Positions 9,287-20,152 of a DNA stretch of 64,000 nucleotides are shown here, piece after piece. A program made the position numbers and the translations under genes. Origin of the DNA: a virus; the IMG/VR virus record IMGVR_UViG_3300028883_000041, positions 21,588-85,587 of that record. One strand, written 5' to 3'. Under the pieces are notes generated by a model. The model was not told the origin of the DNA. It searched no databases and was given only the letters and a program-made list of their open reading frames with translations. Position 1 is the stretch's first letter. Every line of letters starts with the position of its first letter.

Positions 9287-10823
9287 TGAAATTCACCTCT
9301 TCTATTATTTCTAATTCTGGTATTCGTTCTAAGAAGGTTCCGTCCAGAATTACATCGAACCCTTCTGCTCTCCAAGCTTTCACTCGTTCTACAGAGTGCT
9401 CCCATAAATATTCACAGTTGTTTGCGTAGTCTATGAATATAGCATTATTCTTATCAGCAGATGTTCTGATTAAACGACCCAATGTCTGGATGCTTCTGGT
9501 CTTACTCTTCCATGTACCAGCCAATACCATTGCACCTAAGTTAGGAAAGTCAAACCCTTCTCCTACTAATTGGACCGTGCATATCATGATATCTATCTCA
9601 TCAGTATTCATCCACTTATCAAACATCTCTTCTCTGTCTGGATGGTTAGCATCTACACCTACAGCTCTACCCATAGTTTCTTCATCTAAGCTCATCATGG
9701 CTTCCAGCATTTTGATATGTTTTACCCTATCAGTAAGCACTAAAACTTTCTTACCTTTTAACATCCATTTGGCAGCTTCTGTTACTATGAGTGAGTTTCT
9801 ATGGTCATTATAAACAATATAGTCTTCTACTATCTCATTATACTTCTTGTTTCTTGGATAAGACCTCTGTCCTACTGGTCTAAATATCACTGTTGCTTCG
9901 GTTGCTCTACCCATCTCTACCAAGTCTTTCTGTGTTATTTTTCCTACTACTGGACCAAGATATCCAAGATAGATTATGTCAGTATTATCAGACCTCATAT
10001 TTACTGTTCCAGATAGACCTATTCTATAGTATGCATTAACAGCATCTAATATCTCTCTGGACTGCTTTGTTGAGGCATGATGACATTCATCATAGATGAC
10101 AGTACCCACATCTCTCAAAAACAGTCTACAAAGCTCATACTCCTCTTGTTTTTTAGAATTAGTCTTATAGTATATGTTATGGGTATAACTTCTCGTAGCG
10201 ACCATAAAAACAGCCTTATTTTTGATTTGGTAAACCCTTGGCATATCAGTTTCTTGCATATCAAAATGGTTCTTCATTCTGGCAACCCATTGTTTTTCTA
10301 AGGTGGCGTTAGGCACGACAATAAGAGTTTTAGTTTTGAATAAATTAATCAGAAACATGGCAAGTTCTGTCTTACCTCCACCAGTACCAACATCTACTAT
10401 ACAACGACCATCATACTCAATGATTTCATCAACTACAGCATCTTGAAAATCAAAGAGGTTAATATCATTATATGTTTCTATTTCTTCATACTCTATTGGT
10501 GTTATAAAGTTGCCTTCAACCTCACTATCTGGATATAGACCTAAGACCAGATACCATAATCCAGCTGGAAAAGTCAGTCTCCACTTATCAAGCAGATGAA
10601 TTCTTCCATCCCAATCAAGCCACTCTCTTTTCTTATCAAGTAAATCGAGTTCTTCTTTTCTGGTCTTGGCTCTTGACATCTTATGAGTAATCTCACTAAG
10701 TCTGTAATCTCTTACCCTTTCTTTTTCTGGATGCTCGTATGACATAACAGAACGTAGTCTTGATATCTGTTCTTTTGTAGCATCTCTCAATTCTGCATGT
10801 ATGTTACCTATTATTATTTTCAA
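9279..10823 (-). CDS. SF2 helicase (UvsW/XPB-like)
   Basis: LFDFQ Q-motif, GTGGGKT, DECHH, GLSGT, EGFDFP, QTLGRLIR. Confidence 0.9.
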   Translation of the reverse strand: MKIIIGNIHAELRDATKEQISRLRSVMSYEHPEKERVRDYRLSEITHKMSRAKTRKEELDLLDKKREWLDWDGRIHLLDKWRLTFPAGLWYLVLGLYPDSEVEGNFITPIEYEEIETYNDINLFDFQDAVVDEIIEYDGRCIVDVGTGGGKTELAMFLINLFKTKTLIVVPNATLEKQWVARMKNHFDMQETDMPRVYQIKNKAVFMVATRSYTHNIYYKTNSKKQEEYELCRLFLRDVGTVIYDECHHASTKQSREILDAVNAYYRIGLSGTVNMRSDNTDIIYLGYLGPVVGKITQKDLVEMGRATEATVIFRPVGQRSYPRNKKYNEIVEDYIVYNDHRNSLIVTEAAKWMLKGKKVLVLTDRVKHIKMLEAMMSLDEETMGRAVGVDANHPDREEMFDKWMNTDEIDIMICTVQLVGEGFDFPNLGAMVLAGTWKSKTRSIQTLGRLIRTSADKNNAIFIDYANNCEYLWEHSVERVKAWRAEGFDVILDGTFLERIPELEIIEEVNFNE

Positions 10824-11154
10824 TGTTATAACCTCTCTTTTTCATCTCATCTACTATGTTTTTAGTTGTAGCCATCCTAATATATTTAGGAGTAGGTAAT
10901 CTTGGTATTGTTTCTTCTTGTGGTGTTGGTATTATTGGCAACTCCTTTATCTCTATACAGAAATCTGCTTTTTCGATAAATTCTGGATGGTCTTCTACAT
11001 CATGTAAAATCGGATAAATAACATCACCGTTCCAACCACATCTACAAGAGATATGATTATATAAATCAAATTCAACACCAAGTAATACTTCATGGTTACA
11101 TCTTGGACACATAATATGTTGACAATCATATTCTGTAATTATTTCCATTATCAT
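10804..11154 (-). CDS. Zn-ribbon protein
   Basis: CPRC...CRCG. Confidence 0.55.
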   Translation of the reverse strand: MIMEIITEYDCQHIMCPRCNHEVLLGVEFDLYNHISCRCGWNGDVIYPILHDVEDHPEFIEKADFCIEIKELPIIPTPQEETIPRLPTPKYIRMATTKNIVDEMKKRGYNIENNNR

Positions 11155-11155
11155 T

Positions 11156-11599
11156 TCAATCTCTCCTTATCTCAATTCTTGCTTCACCATCATCGCCTAC
11201 TACTAATTGCATATGCTGGAAGTGTATTATTCTATCTCTATACTCTTCATTCCCTCTTGGGTCAATAGGACTAACTATAACTTCTATACCTTTTTCATTT
11301 TCTAATATAACAGTATAACATTTACCATGAACCATTAACATCTGGTCTTCTGCTACTCTGGTTTTTGTAGTTATTGTTCTAATCTGGTCTGCAACTATAT
11401 CAGTAGGTTTGGATATCTCTTCCAACTCTTTTTCTATCTTCATAAGTTCTAATCGCTTGTTTTCTTTTGCATCTTGAATTTTTATTAATAGTAAATCTCT
11501 GTCTTCTCGCTTTTCTGGTATAGGTATTGTCTTGATATATTCTAACAGTTCTTCATCTGACATTCTTTCTATTTCATTTCTTTTCTTCTCGTTGTACAT
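11156..11599 (-). CDS. Hypothetical protein
   Basis: Operon-packed ORF. Confidence 0.55.
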   Translation of the reverse strand: MYNEKKRNEIERMSDEELLEYIKTIPIPEKREDRDLLLIKIQDAKENKRLELMKIEKELEEISKPTDIVADQIRTITTKTRVAEDQMLMVHGKCYTVILENEKGIEVIVSPIDPRGNEEYRDRIIHFQHMQLVVGDDGEARIEIRRD

Positions 11600-11801
11600 T
11601 TAACCAATCTTCCTTATCTAAAAACACATATTGGTGTTGTGATAAATCTCGTCCTCCTTCTACTGGACGTTGCTTTTCTATGACTAACAATGTGAGGAAA
11701 TCTCCATCTTGTATATCATATAGTTTTCTTACGGTCTTTGGTATTGTAACCCTACCGTTCTTCTGGACTTCTACCAGTATCTCTCTGTTTTTTAAACTCA
11801 T
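11574..11801 (-). CDS. AbrB/MazE/SpoVT-family DNA-binding protein
   Basis: VQKNGRVTIPKTVRKLYDIQDGD. Confidence 0.85.
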   Translation of the reverse strand: MSLKNREILVEVQKNGRVTIPKTVRKLYDIQDGDFLTLLVIEKQRPVEGGRDLSQHQYVFLDKEDWLNVQREEKK

Positions 11802-12721
11802 AGTATTGCCTCCTCTATTCTTCTTACAAAGTTAAAATTACAAGTAAATTCTGTTATGAACTTATCTTCTGGTAAGTTAGATTTGATTACTCCTACTTCT
11901 TTTTTACCAAGTTTCTTAGGTTCAGTAGGAACAAAACTGGTGTTCATAAATACTGTCTTACCAAAATCATAGTATCCATTGTATAAGTCTTCAATATAAT
12001 TGTTAAGTCTGATACTCTTTTCTCTGTCTTTCTTCATAAGTTCTGGTGTAGCAAATATCACTAACCTTACATTGTCCTCTTTAATGAGTGTATCTATAAC
12101 TTTATCTCCGTTAGGATAGACATTATCTAATATGATTGTCATCATAGTTTCTTGACCTAATACATCTCTGGCTATGAAATATCTTTTCAGATAGTCTTCT
12201 TGAGAGGCTACAAATCCTCTATATCCTTTGAAAGCATTAGGTAACAGCTTGGACCAATGACTCAAATGATAATACAATATTTTCTTGGCTGCTTTTTTAT
12301 CTCGTCCTATAATTAAGGTAGGCTCACCAGATTTTATTGATGCTAAGGTTGCTGTTGTTGTTTTACCAGTTAATCTTCCCCATAGATTTATATATAAACC
12401 ATATTTATTAATGTCTTCTATCAATCCTTTTTGGTATTTGTAAAGGACTATATTATCTGGTTTATATCCATCTACAAAGAACATGGTCATTGGTCTTCCT
12501 CTTTTACTCACACTAACACTATATGATTTTACTAACTTTCTATTCATCAGATGATTAAGATGGTCATACAGTGTTGTTCGTGGTATCTCGATATAATTTA
12601 ACAGTTCATCTCTATATGATGCTCCTTTCAGCTTTAAAAGATTGTAAATCGTATTACAAACTGGACAGTCTGTTAAATCATCTAACTCATTATGATAAAT
12701 CAACTTCTTCATTCTATTCAA
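11798..12721 (-). CDS. Winged-HTH fused to a degenerate terminase-like ATPase domain
   Basis: N-terminal CPVC and wHTH (IPRTTLYDHLNHL..KRGRP); then LYKYQ, WGRLTGKTT, IILDNV, VIFATP, KFITEFTCNF, which parallel TerL motifs. Confidence 0.65.
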   Translation of the reverse strand: MNRMKKLIYHNELDDLTDCPVCNTIYNLLKLKGASYRDELLNYIEIPRTTLYDHLNHLMNRKLVKSYSVSVSKRGRPMTMFFVDGYKPDNIVLYKYQKGLIEDINKYGLYINLWGRLTGKTTTATLASIKSGEPTLIIGRDKKAAKKILYYHLSHWSKLLPNAFKGYRGFVASQEDYLKRYFIARDVLGQETMMTIILDNVYPNGDKVIDTLIKEDNVRLVIFATPELMKKDREKSIRLNNYIEDLYNGYYDFGKTVFMNTSFVPTEPKKLGKKEVGVIKSNLPEDKFITEFTCNFNFVRRIEEAIL

Positions 12722-12771
12722 TACGTTAAAAAGGGTAATATATAAAAGTTTCGATAAAAATAGTTAGAAGC

Positions 12772-13332
12772 CTAATCATCTTCATTTTCTATTTCTTCTC
12801 TAATCTTAGCCAGATGTATTGAAAACGAGTCTTCATTAGATTTGGCAACTGTTTTACTTCTACGTTCTTTAGGTGTAGCGAGTAATTCTTTTTGAACACG
12901 AAGATATTCTTTAGTATAATCAGAAATAGTTTTATGATTGGATTTTAATAGTTGTACTGCTTCTTTAACCCCTTGGAATTCTGAACGTTCATCAAAGATA
13001 GCAAGTTTGGACGCACTTCTCCAAGCACCTTTGAGCTGGATAAACCCTAACATGATTAACATTTTATCTTTAGGATTACCCCCTTGAGCCATAATCTCTT
13101 TAAGATGTTCTCTGAAAAGATTACGTTCTATCTGGCAGTTACCATGCTCTTGATATACTTTACACCCATGCTGGGCAAATATACAGTTATCGCAACGAGT
13201 ATAAGTATACTCAATAAAATCTTCTGTTTCAAGTAGTATAATTTTTTCATCTGCATCTACAACAGCTGAAGGCATGTTAATAAAGTCTTCGTTTTCTAAA
13301 TCTGTCATAGGGTTAGGCAAATCTTCACTCAT
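12772..13332 (-). CDS. Cys-cluster helical protein, candidate terminase small subunit
   Basis: CDNC..C..C followed by helices; divergent from terL and sharing its promoter gap. Confidence 0.35.
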   Translation of the reverse strand: MSEDLPNPMTDLENEDFINMPSAVVDADEKIILLETEDFIEYTYTRCDNCIFAQHGCKVYQEHGNCQIERNLFREHLKEIMAQGGNPKDKMLIMLGFIQLKGAWRSASKLAIFDERSEFQGVKEAVQLLKSNHKTISDYTKEYLRVQKELLATPKERRSKTVAKSNEDSFSIHLAKIREEIENEDD

Positions 13333-13382
13333 GAGTTATATTACAAGAAAGTATATATAAAGGTAGTCACTCTCATATAATC

Positions 13383-15014
13383 ATGGACAGCGATGATATC
13401 ATACATAAGATTGCCAGAGGGATGGTAGAAAATCCAGTATTATTCATCGAGCAGACCATGGGAAGAACACCTTACTATTATCAAGAAGAGTTGCTTAGAA
13501 GTGAGGATAGGTTCTTAGTAGCATGTTGGGCAAGACAGACTGGTAAGAGTTGGATAGTTAGACAGAAGGCTATCTATGAAGCTTTTACTAAACCAGACCA
13601 ATTGATTATTATTATCTCAGCAACAGAAAGACAAGCACTACATTTCTATCGTTTGATGATGCAAGAGATAGAGAGTTCTGATTTGTTGGTTAATGAGATA
13701 GCAAGATTTACTAAGACCATGGCAGTTCTAAAAAACGGTAGTCAGATTATCTGTCTGGCACCAAGTGAGAAATCTGTCAGAGGTTACTCAGCAGATATGG
13801 TTATCTTAGATGAAGCAGATTTTATACCAAGAGAAGTAATCGTTGCTGTAGAACAGACCATAGTAGCAAGAAGAGGAAAGATGATAATGATATCTACCCC
13901 ATCACCAGAAGGTGTGGGAGGATTATTCTATCAATACTTTAATGATGCTATGGAAGCACATAAGAGAGGAGAAGAATTTGGAAGTGCTGGATATAAAGCA
14001 TTTCATTATGATTACACAGTAGGCTTACAAGTCACTCGTAAAGAAGGTAAGCATTGGGTTACTCAGTTGGACCCAGAAATGGTTAGAAGAAAACAACAGA
14101 CCATGGCTGAGTGGGAGTGGAAGAGAGAATACATGGCTACATGGGCTGATGATGTAGGAACGTATTACAACAGATTACATATAGAAGCATGTACCAATCC
14201 AGATTATAAGATGGTCTATAGACAGTTAGAGAAAGGAGTTAAAGAATATGTTGGAGAATTCCCAGACCAATTTGGTGGAGTGACTTTCGCTGGGATGGAT
14301 TTTGCTAAGCAAATAGACAACACTGTCTTATGTATTATTAGAATGGTCTCTGATGGTAAATATAAGATAGTTTATTTCTTAGAAATGAATGGAACAGACT
14401 ATGCTAAGCAAGGTGCATATATCATAGCAGCAATAACAAAATACAGAGTAGAAAAAGCATGGGCTGATAGAACTGGTGTAGGAGAAGCTTTTGTTGATTA
14501 CCTTAATAGGATTACCAGAAATTCTAACGCTTCATTATATCTTCAACAAATTGAACCAGTATATTTAACTAACATGAAGAAACAAGAAATATTTGGTAAT
14601 TCTTTTCCTTATGTAGCACAACAATTAGTAGAGTTTCCAGTCCATAAACAATTCAAACAAGAGATGATACATCTTAAGAGAGAAGTAACTCCAGAAGGGA
14701 ACTTGAAGATAGTAGGACCAGAAGAGATGAGTGATGTCAATGATGATTACCCAATGGCTTTTGCTCTGGCTATGATGTGTGAATATAATCCTAACTATGG
14801 ACCAGCCTTTGTACAAAATACTCCTTCTTATGCTGATAGTCCTATTCATAAAGAAAGACAACGAGATGCTTTTAGTGAAAAACAGATACCAGCTTATAGA
14901 GATGATGATGACTTATCTATGTTCTATAATCCAGATAAATTAAATACTACCTTTGGTTTTTCTTTCAATAGAGGTAGTGCAAGAGGTAGAAAAAGAAGGA
15001 AAGATTTATTATAA
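13383..15014 (+). CDS. terL: Terminase large subunit
   Basis: PYYYQ, ARQTGKS, VILDEAD, MISTP, nuclease GMDFA..DNT, DRTGVG, DDYPMA. Confidence 0.93.
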   Translation: MDSDDIIHKIARGMVENPVLFIEQTMGRTPYYYQEELLRSEDRFLVACWARQTGKSWIVRQKAIYEAFTKPDQLIIIISATERQALHFYRLMMQEIESSDLLVNEIARFTKTMAVLKNGSQIICLAPSEKSVRGYSADMVILDEADFIPREVIVAVEQTIVARRGKMIMISTPSPEGVGGLFYQYFNDAMEAHKRGEEFGSAGYKAFHYDYTVGLQVTRKEGKHWVTQLDPEMVRRKQQTMAEWEWKREYMATWADDVGTYYNRLHIEACTNPDYKMVYRQLEKGVKEYVGEFPDQFGGVTFAGMDFAKQIDNTVLCIIRMVSDGKYKIVYFLEMNGTDYAKQGAYIIAAITKYRVEKAWADRTGVGEAFVDYLNRITRNSNASLYLQQIEPVYLTNMKKQEIFGNSFPYVAQQLVEFPVHKQFKQEMIHLKREVTPEGNLKIVGPEEMSDVNDDYPMAFALAMMCEYNPNYGPAFVQNTPSYADSPIHKERQRDAFSEKQIPAYRDDDDLSMFYNPDKLNTTFGFSFNRGSARGRKRRKDLL

Positions 15015-15016
15015 TC

Positions 15017-16639
15017 TTACCAATCGTAATTTTCTGTTATAGAATACAGAGCTATTGATGAGGTATTTCCTACATTGACTGTATTAGCTTCTATTTTGAC
15101 CCTATATTGTCTTGTAGAACTAACTACTGGAGTAACTGCAACTTCTAATGTCCAGTATTCTGTTAACGTTTCATCAGCATCACAAGCTTCACAATTATGA
15201 GTGTCAGAACCACAAGAAGTCCAAGAACCTAAAGTAGGACTGCTATCTCTGTATTGTAAAGTCATAGTAATGCTTTGACTTCCTAACCAAGTTTCAGTTA
15301 ATTCATTATACCAACCAATAGTAATACATTTCCCTCTTAAATCGAGTTGACTACAACCTTCAGATATATTTATAGGTAAATAAATTATATTCTCATGAGT
15401 TCCTTGAGACCAACTTTCAGCTAAATGATTATGATATGTAGCATCATCCCAATCAAAATTAGCAGTATCTCCAGTCGCATTAAGATAATTCTCAAATGTA
15501 TGAGTTCTCTTTCTTGTTTCAGTAACTGTCAAATCATTGACTGTAACATCTTTAAGATTAGCATCCCCAGCGTTATCTACATAATAGGTTGTACCACCAG
15601 CAAAATTGACTTGACCAGTTACACTGAGAGCACCAGTAACATCAAGCGTTTCTGCTACAGTACCACTACCAGTTATATCTACATCATGAACTGTAGTTTT
15701 TCCAGTAACATCTAAAGTCTCAGTAACAGTTCCGCTACCTCCTATGACTAAATCATCTACTGTAGTTAATCCAGTTACATCGAGAGTTTCTGCAATAGTA
15801 CCAGACCCACCTATTACAATATCATCCACTGTGGTTAATCCAGTGATGTCTAAAGTCTCTGCTATTGTACCGCTACCACCAATAACTAAATCATCAACGG
15901 TTGTAAGACCAGTTACATCTAACGTCTCTGCTATGGTTCCACTTCCTCCAACAACTAAATCATCTATAGTTCCAATTTTGGTTACGGTTAAATTGTCTGG
16001 AACAGTAATAGTTCCAGATGTCATTGTTAAAAGGACTTTCCCTTTATAATCTTTAACTCTCATAGACTCTTCGTTTAATGATATCCATTCATTAGCTCTA
16101 ACTTCTGGATAATCATCACTATGAAGATTAGTTACAGCAGATACGCCACTGGCTGCATCTCTGGTTATTAACGCTATTGGTAATACATTATCTGGTATTT
16201 CAGCATCAGAACCACTCTCCCAAACATAAAATACTTCTCCACTTTCATCTCTGATATTACCAACACTGTCGGTAATACTATCAGCAGCTTCATTAACGTA
16301 AATACCTACTATTCTCTCACCAGCTACTGTTGTTTCTTGATATAAATCTGTAACAAGAATATTAGTTGTTCCACTTGTGAACCACCATCTCCCATTTACT
16401 AAAGCTGCACCAGATGATATATCGAAAGAAGTTCCAGCACCACTGCTGATACCAAGACCCCATCTAACTCTTGATTGTGGACCTAAATCTAACATATCTT
16501 CTATAGTTCTTTGAGCATTGGTAAGTATAGACCTTTCATTTCCAGAAGCATTCCACTGCATATCTTCTATTACTATACCTCCACCGTCTTGAACATTTGA
16601 TTGAGTTATATGTCTTTTACTAATTGATTCTTTTGCCAT
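15017..16639 (-). CDS. Tail fibre/baseplate-attached protein with 23-aa repeats
   Basis: Last gene of the tail module; tandem TVDDLVIGGSGTIAETLDVTGLT repeats. Confidence 0.7.
   Translation of the reverse strand: MAKESISKRHITQSNVQDGGGIVIEDMQWNASGNERSILTNAQRTIEDMLDLGPQSRVRWGLGISSGAGTSFDISSGAALVNGRWWFTSGTTNILVTDLYQETTVAGERIVGIYVNEAADSITDSVGNIRDESGEVFYVWESGSDAEIPDNVLPIALITRDAASGVSAVTNLHSDDYPEVRANEWISLNEESMRVKDYKGKVLLTMTSGTITVPDNLTVTKIGTIDDLVVGGSGTIAETLDVTGLTTVDDLVIGGSGTIAETLDITGLTTVDDIVIGGSGTIAETLDVTGLTTVDDLVIGGSGTVTETLDVTGKTTVHDVDITGSGTVAETLDVTGALSVTGQVNFAGGTTYYVDNAGDANLKDVTVNDLTVTETRKRTHTFENYLNATGDTANFDWDDATYHNHLAESWSQGTHENIIYLPINISEGCSQLDLRGKCITIGWYNELTETWLGSQSITMTLQYRDSSPTLGSWTSCGSDTHNCEACDADETLTEYWTLEVAVTPVVSSTRQYRVKIEANTVNVGNTSSIALYSITENYDW
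15640..15970 (-). repeat. About 5 degenerate 69-bp coding repeats (TVDDLVIGGSGTIAETLDVTG)
   Basis: Visible in the translation; the same unit recurs in the 21328-24177 gene; boundaries approximate. Confidence 0.75.
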
Positions 16640-16640
16640 T

Positions 16641-17339
16641 TTATCTCACTTCTACTTTTATTCTAAATTTAATGCCTAAAGGCTTTACTAAGTTTACTAC
16701 TTGTCTAAGTAATAATCTTTTTTCTGTTTGGTTCCAGTATTCGTATCCACGAGTGTCTGTAATATCATACGTTCCACTGATTAAATATATTGTTATATCA
16801 AACGCTTCTGCATCAGAATTTGTAGACCAATAACTGTAATGAACTGTTTCATCTCTGGGACCACTTGCTATGGTACTCCATAAAGACACACCAGCATCAT
16901 TATAATAATATATCGTTCCATCTTGAGATGGGTCTTCGATACGGATGTTTGTGGTAGTTTGCCAAGTTTCACTTTGGAAGGCACCACTACCTATGTAATG
17001 ATAAATTGCTCGTTTAATACTGTCTTCATTTCCTCCTCCTTCAAACTCAGACCAATATTTTTCTGCTCTTGTAGATAAGTTTGTAGTTGTTTCTTGAGGG
17101 AATTTAGTCATACCCCAATACAATATGTTATCTTCAAGAGGTTGCCCAACAGCATTGATAAGTTCTCTATCTTCATCTCTGATATCATGATAATTCTTCA
17201 ATGTATCATAAACTTGCATGATTGCTAAGAATAATCTGTGAGCATTACTATCATCATCTTTGAAAAAAGCAGACGGATAATATTGATACGGACCACTGCC
17301 AATCAGTTCTCCAAATGTTTTTTCATATGCTGTTGTCAT
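16641..17339 (-). CDS. Baseplate wedge protein (gpI/gp7-like)
   Basis: Follows baseplate J; AVGQPLE..WG and C-terminal VNLVKPLGIKF typical of the family. Confidence 0.6.
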   Translation of the reverse strand: MTTAYEKTFGELIGSGPYQYYPSAFFKDDDSNAHRLFLAIMQVYDTLKNYHDIRDEDRELINAVGQPLEDNILYWGMTKFPQETTTNLSTRAEKYWSEFEGGGNEDSIKRAIYHYIGSGAFQSETWQTTTNIRIEDPSQDGTIYYYNDAGVSLWSTIASGPRDETVHYSYWSTNSDAEAFDITIYLISGTYDITDTRGYEYWNQTEKRLLLRQVVNLVKPLGIKFRIKVEVR

Positions 17340-17344
17340 TTATA

Positions 17345-19660
17345 TCATTCCTTTGCTGAGTTAGTAAATACAATATCATATAATATTGCTACTTCTGACT
17401 TATAAATCACGTTATCAATTGTAGCATTATTAGTTCCACTTATAGGCATCATCACTGAAAATTTAGCATGGTTAGTGTTAAGAGCCCAAGCTGCTGGACC
17501 AGCTTCTTCATCCCATACCATTGCGTATTCTCCAGTCCATGGAACATTACCATCTGTATCAGTACCTACATAAGTATTAGAACCGCTGAAAGCCGAACCA
17601 GATATCACTACCCAATGTTTGGCTGTTGGGTCTGCTAATGTTAATCTACTTGCAAGTTCTACATAGATGTTTTGAGCTGTAGTTGTAGTTAAAGTATGAC
17701 TTCCGCTTTCTAAAGCACTTCCAGAAGGACCAGCATCTGTTCCAGAAAATATATAAACATCAAGAGCATCACCAGTTGTTCCGCTGACATTAAGTAAAAC
17801 TGCATCAATGTCTGTATAATCATAGTTCTCATAATTGAAGATAAGAGTATCTGTTCCACTTGTAAGATATGGGTCAGCAGAACCAGAACTTCCAGAAGTA
17901 ATTGTAATAGTTGTCCCATCATGAGTTGAATAAAAGTCTTGAGCATATAATGGGTCTCTAATCCATACACCATCATTGTCTTGTTTAGCACGAAAAACTG
18001 TTGGTGTAGCTCTTGATACTTGAGATATTTGTGTTCCACTCATAGTAACTGCACCAGCACCAGAATAAGTAAAAATATCTTTATAAGATTTAGTTCCCAT
18101 TTGGAATTGGTGTGCATATGAAGCAGTTCCACTTGTTTGTAAATCTATGCTATAAGTTAAACCATATGGTGTGTAAGAATAGGTAGAAATATCAAAATCA
18201 TCAATATCTAAAGCATAGACACCATTAATTCCCATTCCTTCTTCTATGATTTGTGAATAAACTACATCCTCTCCAACTTTAAGAGTATCGATATAATCAT
18301 CTATAGCATTCTCTACAGATGTATTTAGGGTTGTTCTATTAGCCCACCAATCACTATCTGGTGTTAAATCTATTTCTAAATAGACCCATTTTAACATAGG
18401 TTGGTAAATTTGATATCTTGTTCCTACTGGTCTTTTCGATGATACCGTATCTTCTACAGTATCAATCAACGCACTATTGGTTATAAGTTTGCTATCTCCT
18501 ACAACAAACACATGAATTTGATTAGCAGCGATATAAGGTTTGTTTTCTAAATCATAGACTTTACAATCAGAAATTCCATCTATATCTTCTACTGCTGCTT
18601 CTATTGCACTGTAAGTTGCAGACCCTTGTTTCTTTGAGGCTCTATATATTCTTGTTCTCAGCTGCTCATCAGTTTCTTGGTCTGCACCATTATTAAATAG
18701 ATTTGTTGAACCTAAATGAGTTGATGGATTACTGCAAGTTAAATCAGATACTTGTGTAGCTAATGATGTGTCTGTCCAAATTCTATTTATAGTTGTTGGA
18801 GCAACATTATATGATTTACCAGTTGCTACTGCTCTAACTTCTACTGCTTCTGTTGCACCACTTGCTATATCTACTTCTACTAAAGGTTCATAGACTAATG
18901 ACCTATCTGCTATAGAACATCTATATGAAGTAGTTACTGTAGTATCACTACCAGAATTAGTAACATATACATATCCAGTAGATTTGGTTGCAGCAGTTCT
19001 GGTTAATCCCCATGGATAAGCCAGTTCATCTAAAGCATCTCCAGTTGCTGTTCTAACAAAACTGTTCTTGAAAATAGTATAATTATTACTATCTAATTCA
19101 TGAAGATAACTTGCTATTGCTTCTACTAATGATGTGACAACGGTTCCGTCTGAAAAATTATTTAAGCTTGATTGAACAGTGCTATCATAAACTTTGTATG
19201 TTACCTTAAATATAGAACCATCTTTAGGTCTATAACCAGAAGCATTGTTCCATTTTATAGCATTAAATACATAATCCCCATCATAAACTGAAGTATCTTG
19301 ATTGATTGTTTGTTCAGTTCCAGACCAATACATATAATAATTAATTGTTGGTTCATCATTTTCTACAGCTCCACTCATTGCTGCTGAACCTTCTGCTATT
19401 TGTCCTCTACTACCTTCTGTCCAAGCAGAAATACCATTAAATGTTCCAGTTGGAGGAACCCAATTTCCATCTTCATCTGTTCCTTCAACAGAAATAATTT
19501 CAACAACATTAGGTGTGGTAGTAGTTGAACCACTAAGAACATAAGTAGCAGTATTCTGGTCAAAGGTATATTGCTCTCTTTCTATCCTAACTATACCATC
19601 TCTCATCTGTTCAATAATCTGATTTTTTATTTCTGTAGTAGTTTTAGTTTCATAACTCAT
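17345..19660 (-). CDS. Baseplate J-like wedge protein with insertions
   Basis: TATGDALDELAYPWGLTR, GADQETDEQLRTR, GSATYSAIE, IDTLKVGEDV. Confidence 0.85.
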   Translation of the reverse strand: MSYETKTTTEIKNQIIEQMRDGIVRIEREQYTFDQNTATYVLSGSTTTTPNVVEIISVEGTDEDGNWVPPTGTFNGISAWTEGSRGQIAEGSAAMSGAVENDEPTINYYMYWSGTEQTINQDTSVYDGDYVFNAIKWNNASGYRPKDGSIFKVTYKVYDSTVQSSLNNFSDGTVVTSLVEAIASYLHELDSNNYTIFKNSFVRTATGDALDELAYPWGLTRTAATKSTGYVYVTNSGSDTTVTTSYRCSIADRSLVYEPLVEVDIASGATEAVEVRAVATGKSYNVAPTTINRIWTDTSLATQVSDLTCSNPSTHLGSTNLFNNGADQETDEQLRTRIYRASKKQGSATYSAIEAAVEDIDGISDCKVYDLENKPYIAANQIHVFVVGDSKLITNSALIDTVEDTVSSKRPVGTRYQIYQPMLKWVYLEIDLTPDSDWWANRTTLNTSVENAIDDYIDTLKVGEDVVYSQIIEEGMGINGVYALDIDDFDISTYSYTPYGLTYSIDLQTSGTASYAHQFQMGTKSYKDIFTYSGAGAVTMSGTQISQVSRATPTVFRAKQDNDGVWIRDPLYAQDFYSTHDGTTITITSGSSGSADPYLTSGTDTLIFNYENYDYTDIDAVLLNVSGTTGDALDVYIFSGTDAGPSGSALESGSHTLTTTTAQNIYVELASRLTLADPTAKHWVVISGSAFSGSNTYVGTDTDGNVPWTGEYAMVWDEEAGPAAWALNTNHAKFSVMMPISGTNNATIDNVIYKSEVAILYDIVFTNSAKE

Positions 19661-20109
19661 ACTGTCAACCCCATAGTTATTTTTCCACCGTTTGTGGTTT
19701 TAATATAAACATCAAAATAAACTATCCCATTACTCTTTAAAGTTGCTGATGAAAAATCTATTCCAACTATAAGGTCTCCAAAGAATTTGTAGATAGAAGT
19801 AATGACTTCAGACTTGATAATTTCTATGAAGTCATCATCTGGAACTGGGTTCATTATTAAGAACTTGAACGCAGAACCAAACTCTGGATGAAAAGGAAGT
19901 TCTCCCCTTCCTTTATTATAATCATAAACAGTTAATAACAAAAACAACGAGCCATTGGATACTAATTCAGTTAATCCATTGGTAAGTTTGAAATCTCCTC
20001 CATCACTTACAACAAAGTCTAAATAGCCATCTGAGCAACCTAATTTCATATCTCTGCCAAAGATAATATTCTCTTGAGCTGTAGTAAGAGTGTTTATTTT
20101 AAAGGACAT
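19657..20109 (-). CDS. Baseplate gp25/gpW-like protein
   Basis: GELPFHPEFGS motif; upstream of baseplate J. Confidence 0.75.
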   Translation of the reverse strand: MSFKINTLTTAQENIIFGRDMKLGCSDGYLDFVVSDGGDFKLTNGLTELVSNGSLFLLLTVYDYNKGRGELPFHPEFGSAFKFLIMNPVPDDDFIEIIKSEVITSIYKFFGDLIVGIDFSSATLKSNGIVYFDVYIKTTNGGKITMGLTV

Positions 20110-20152
20110 CTGTTATGGTAATTATATAAAGCAATATAATAACTTTATGCTT

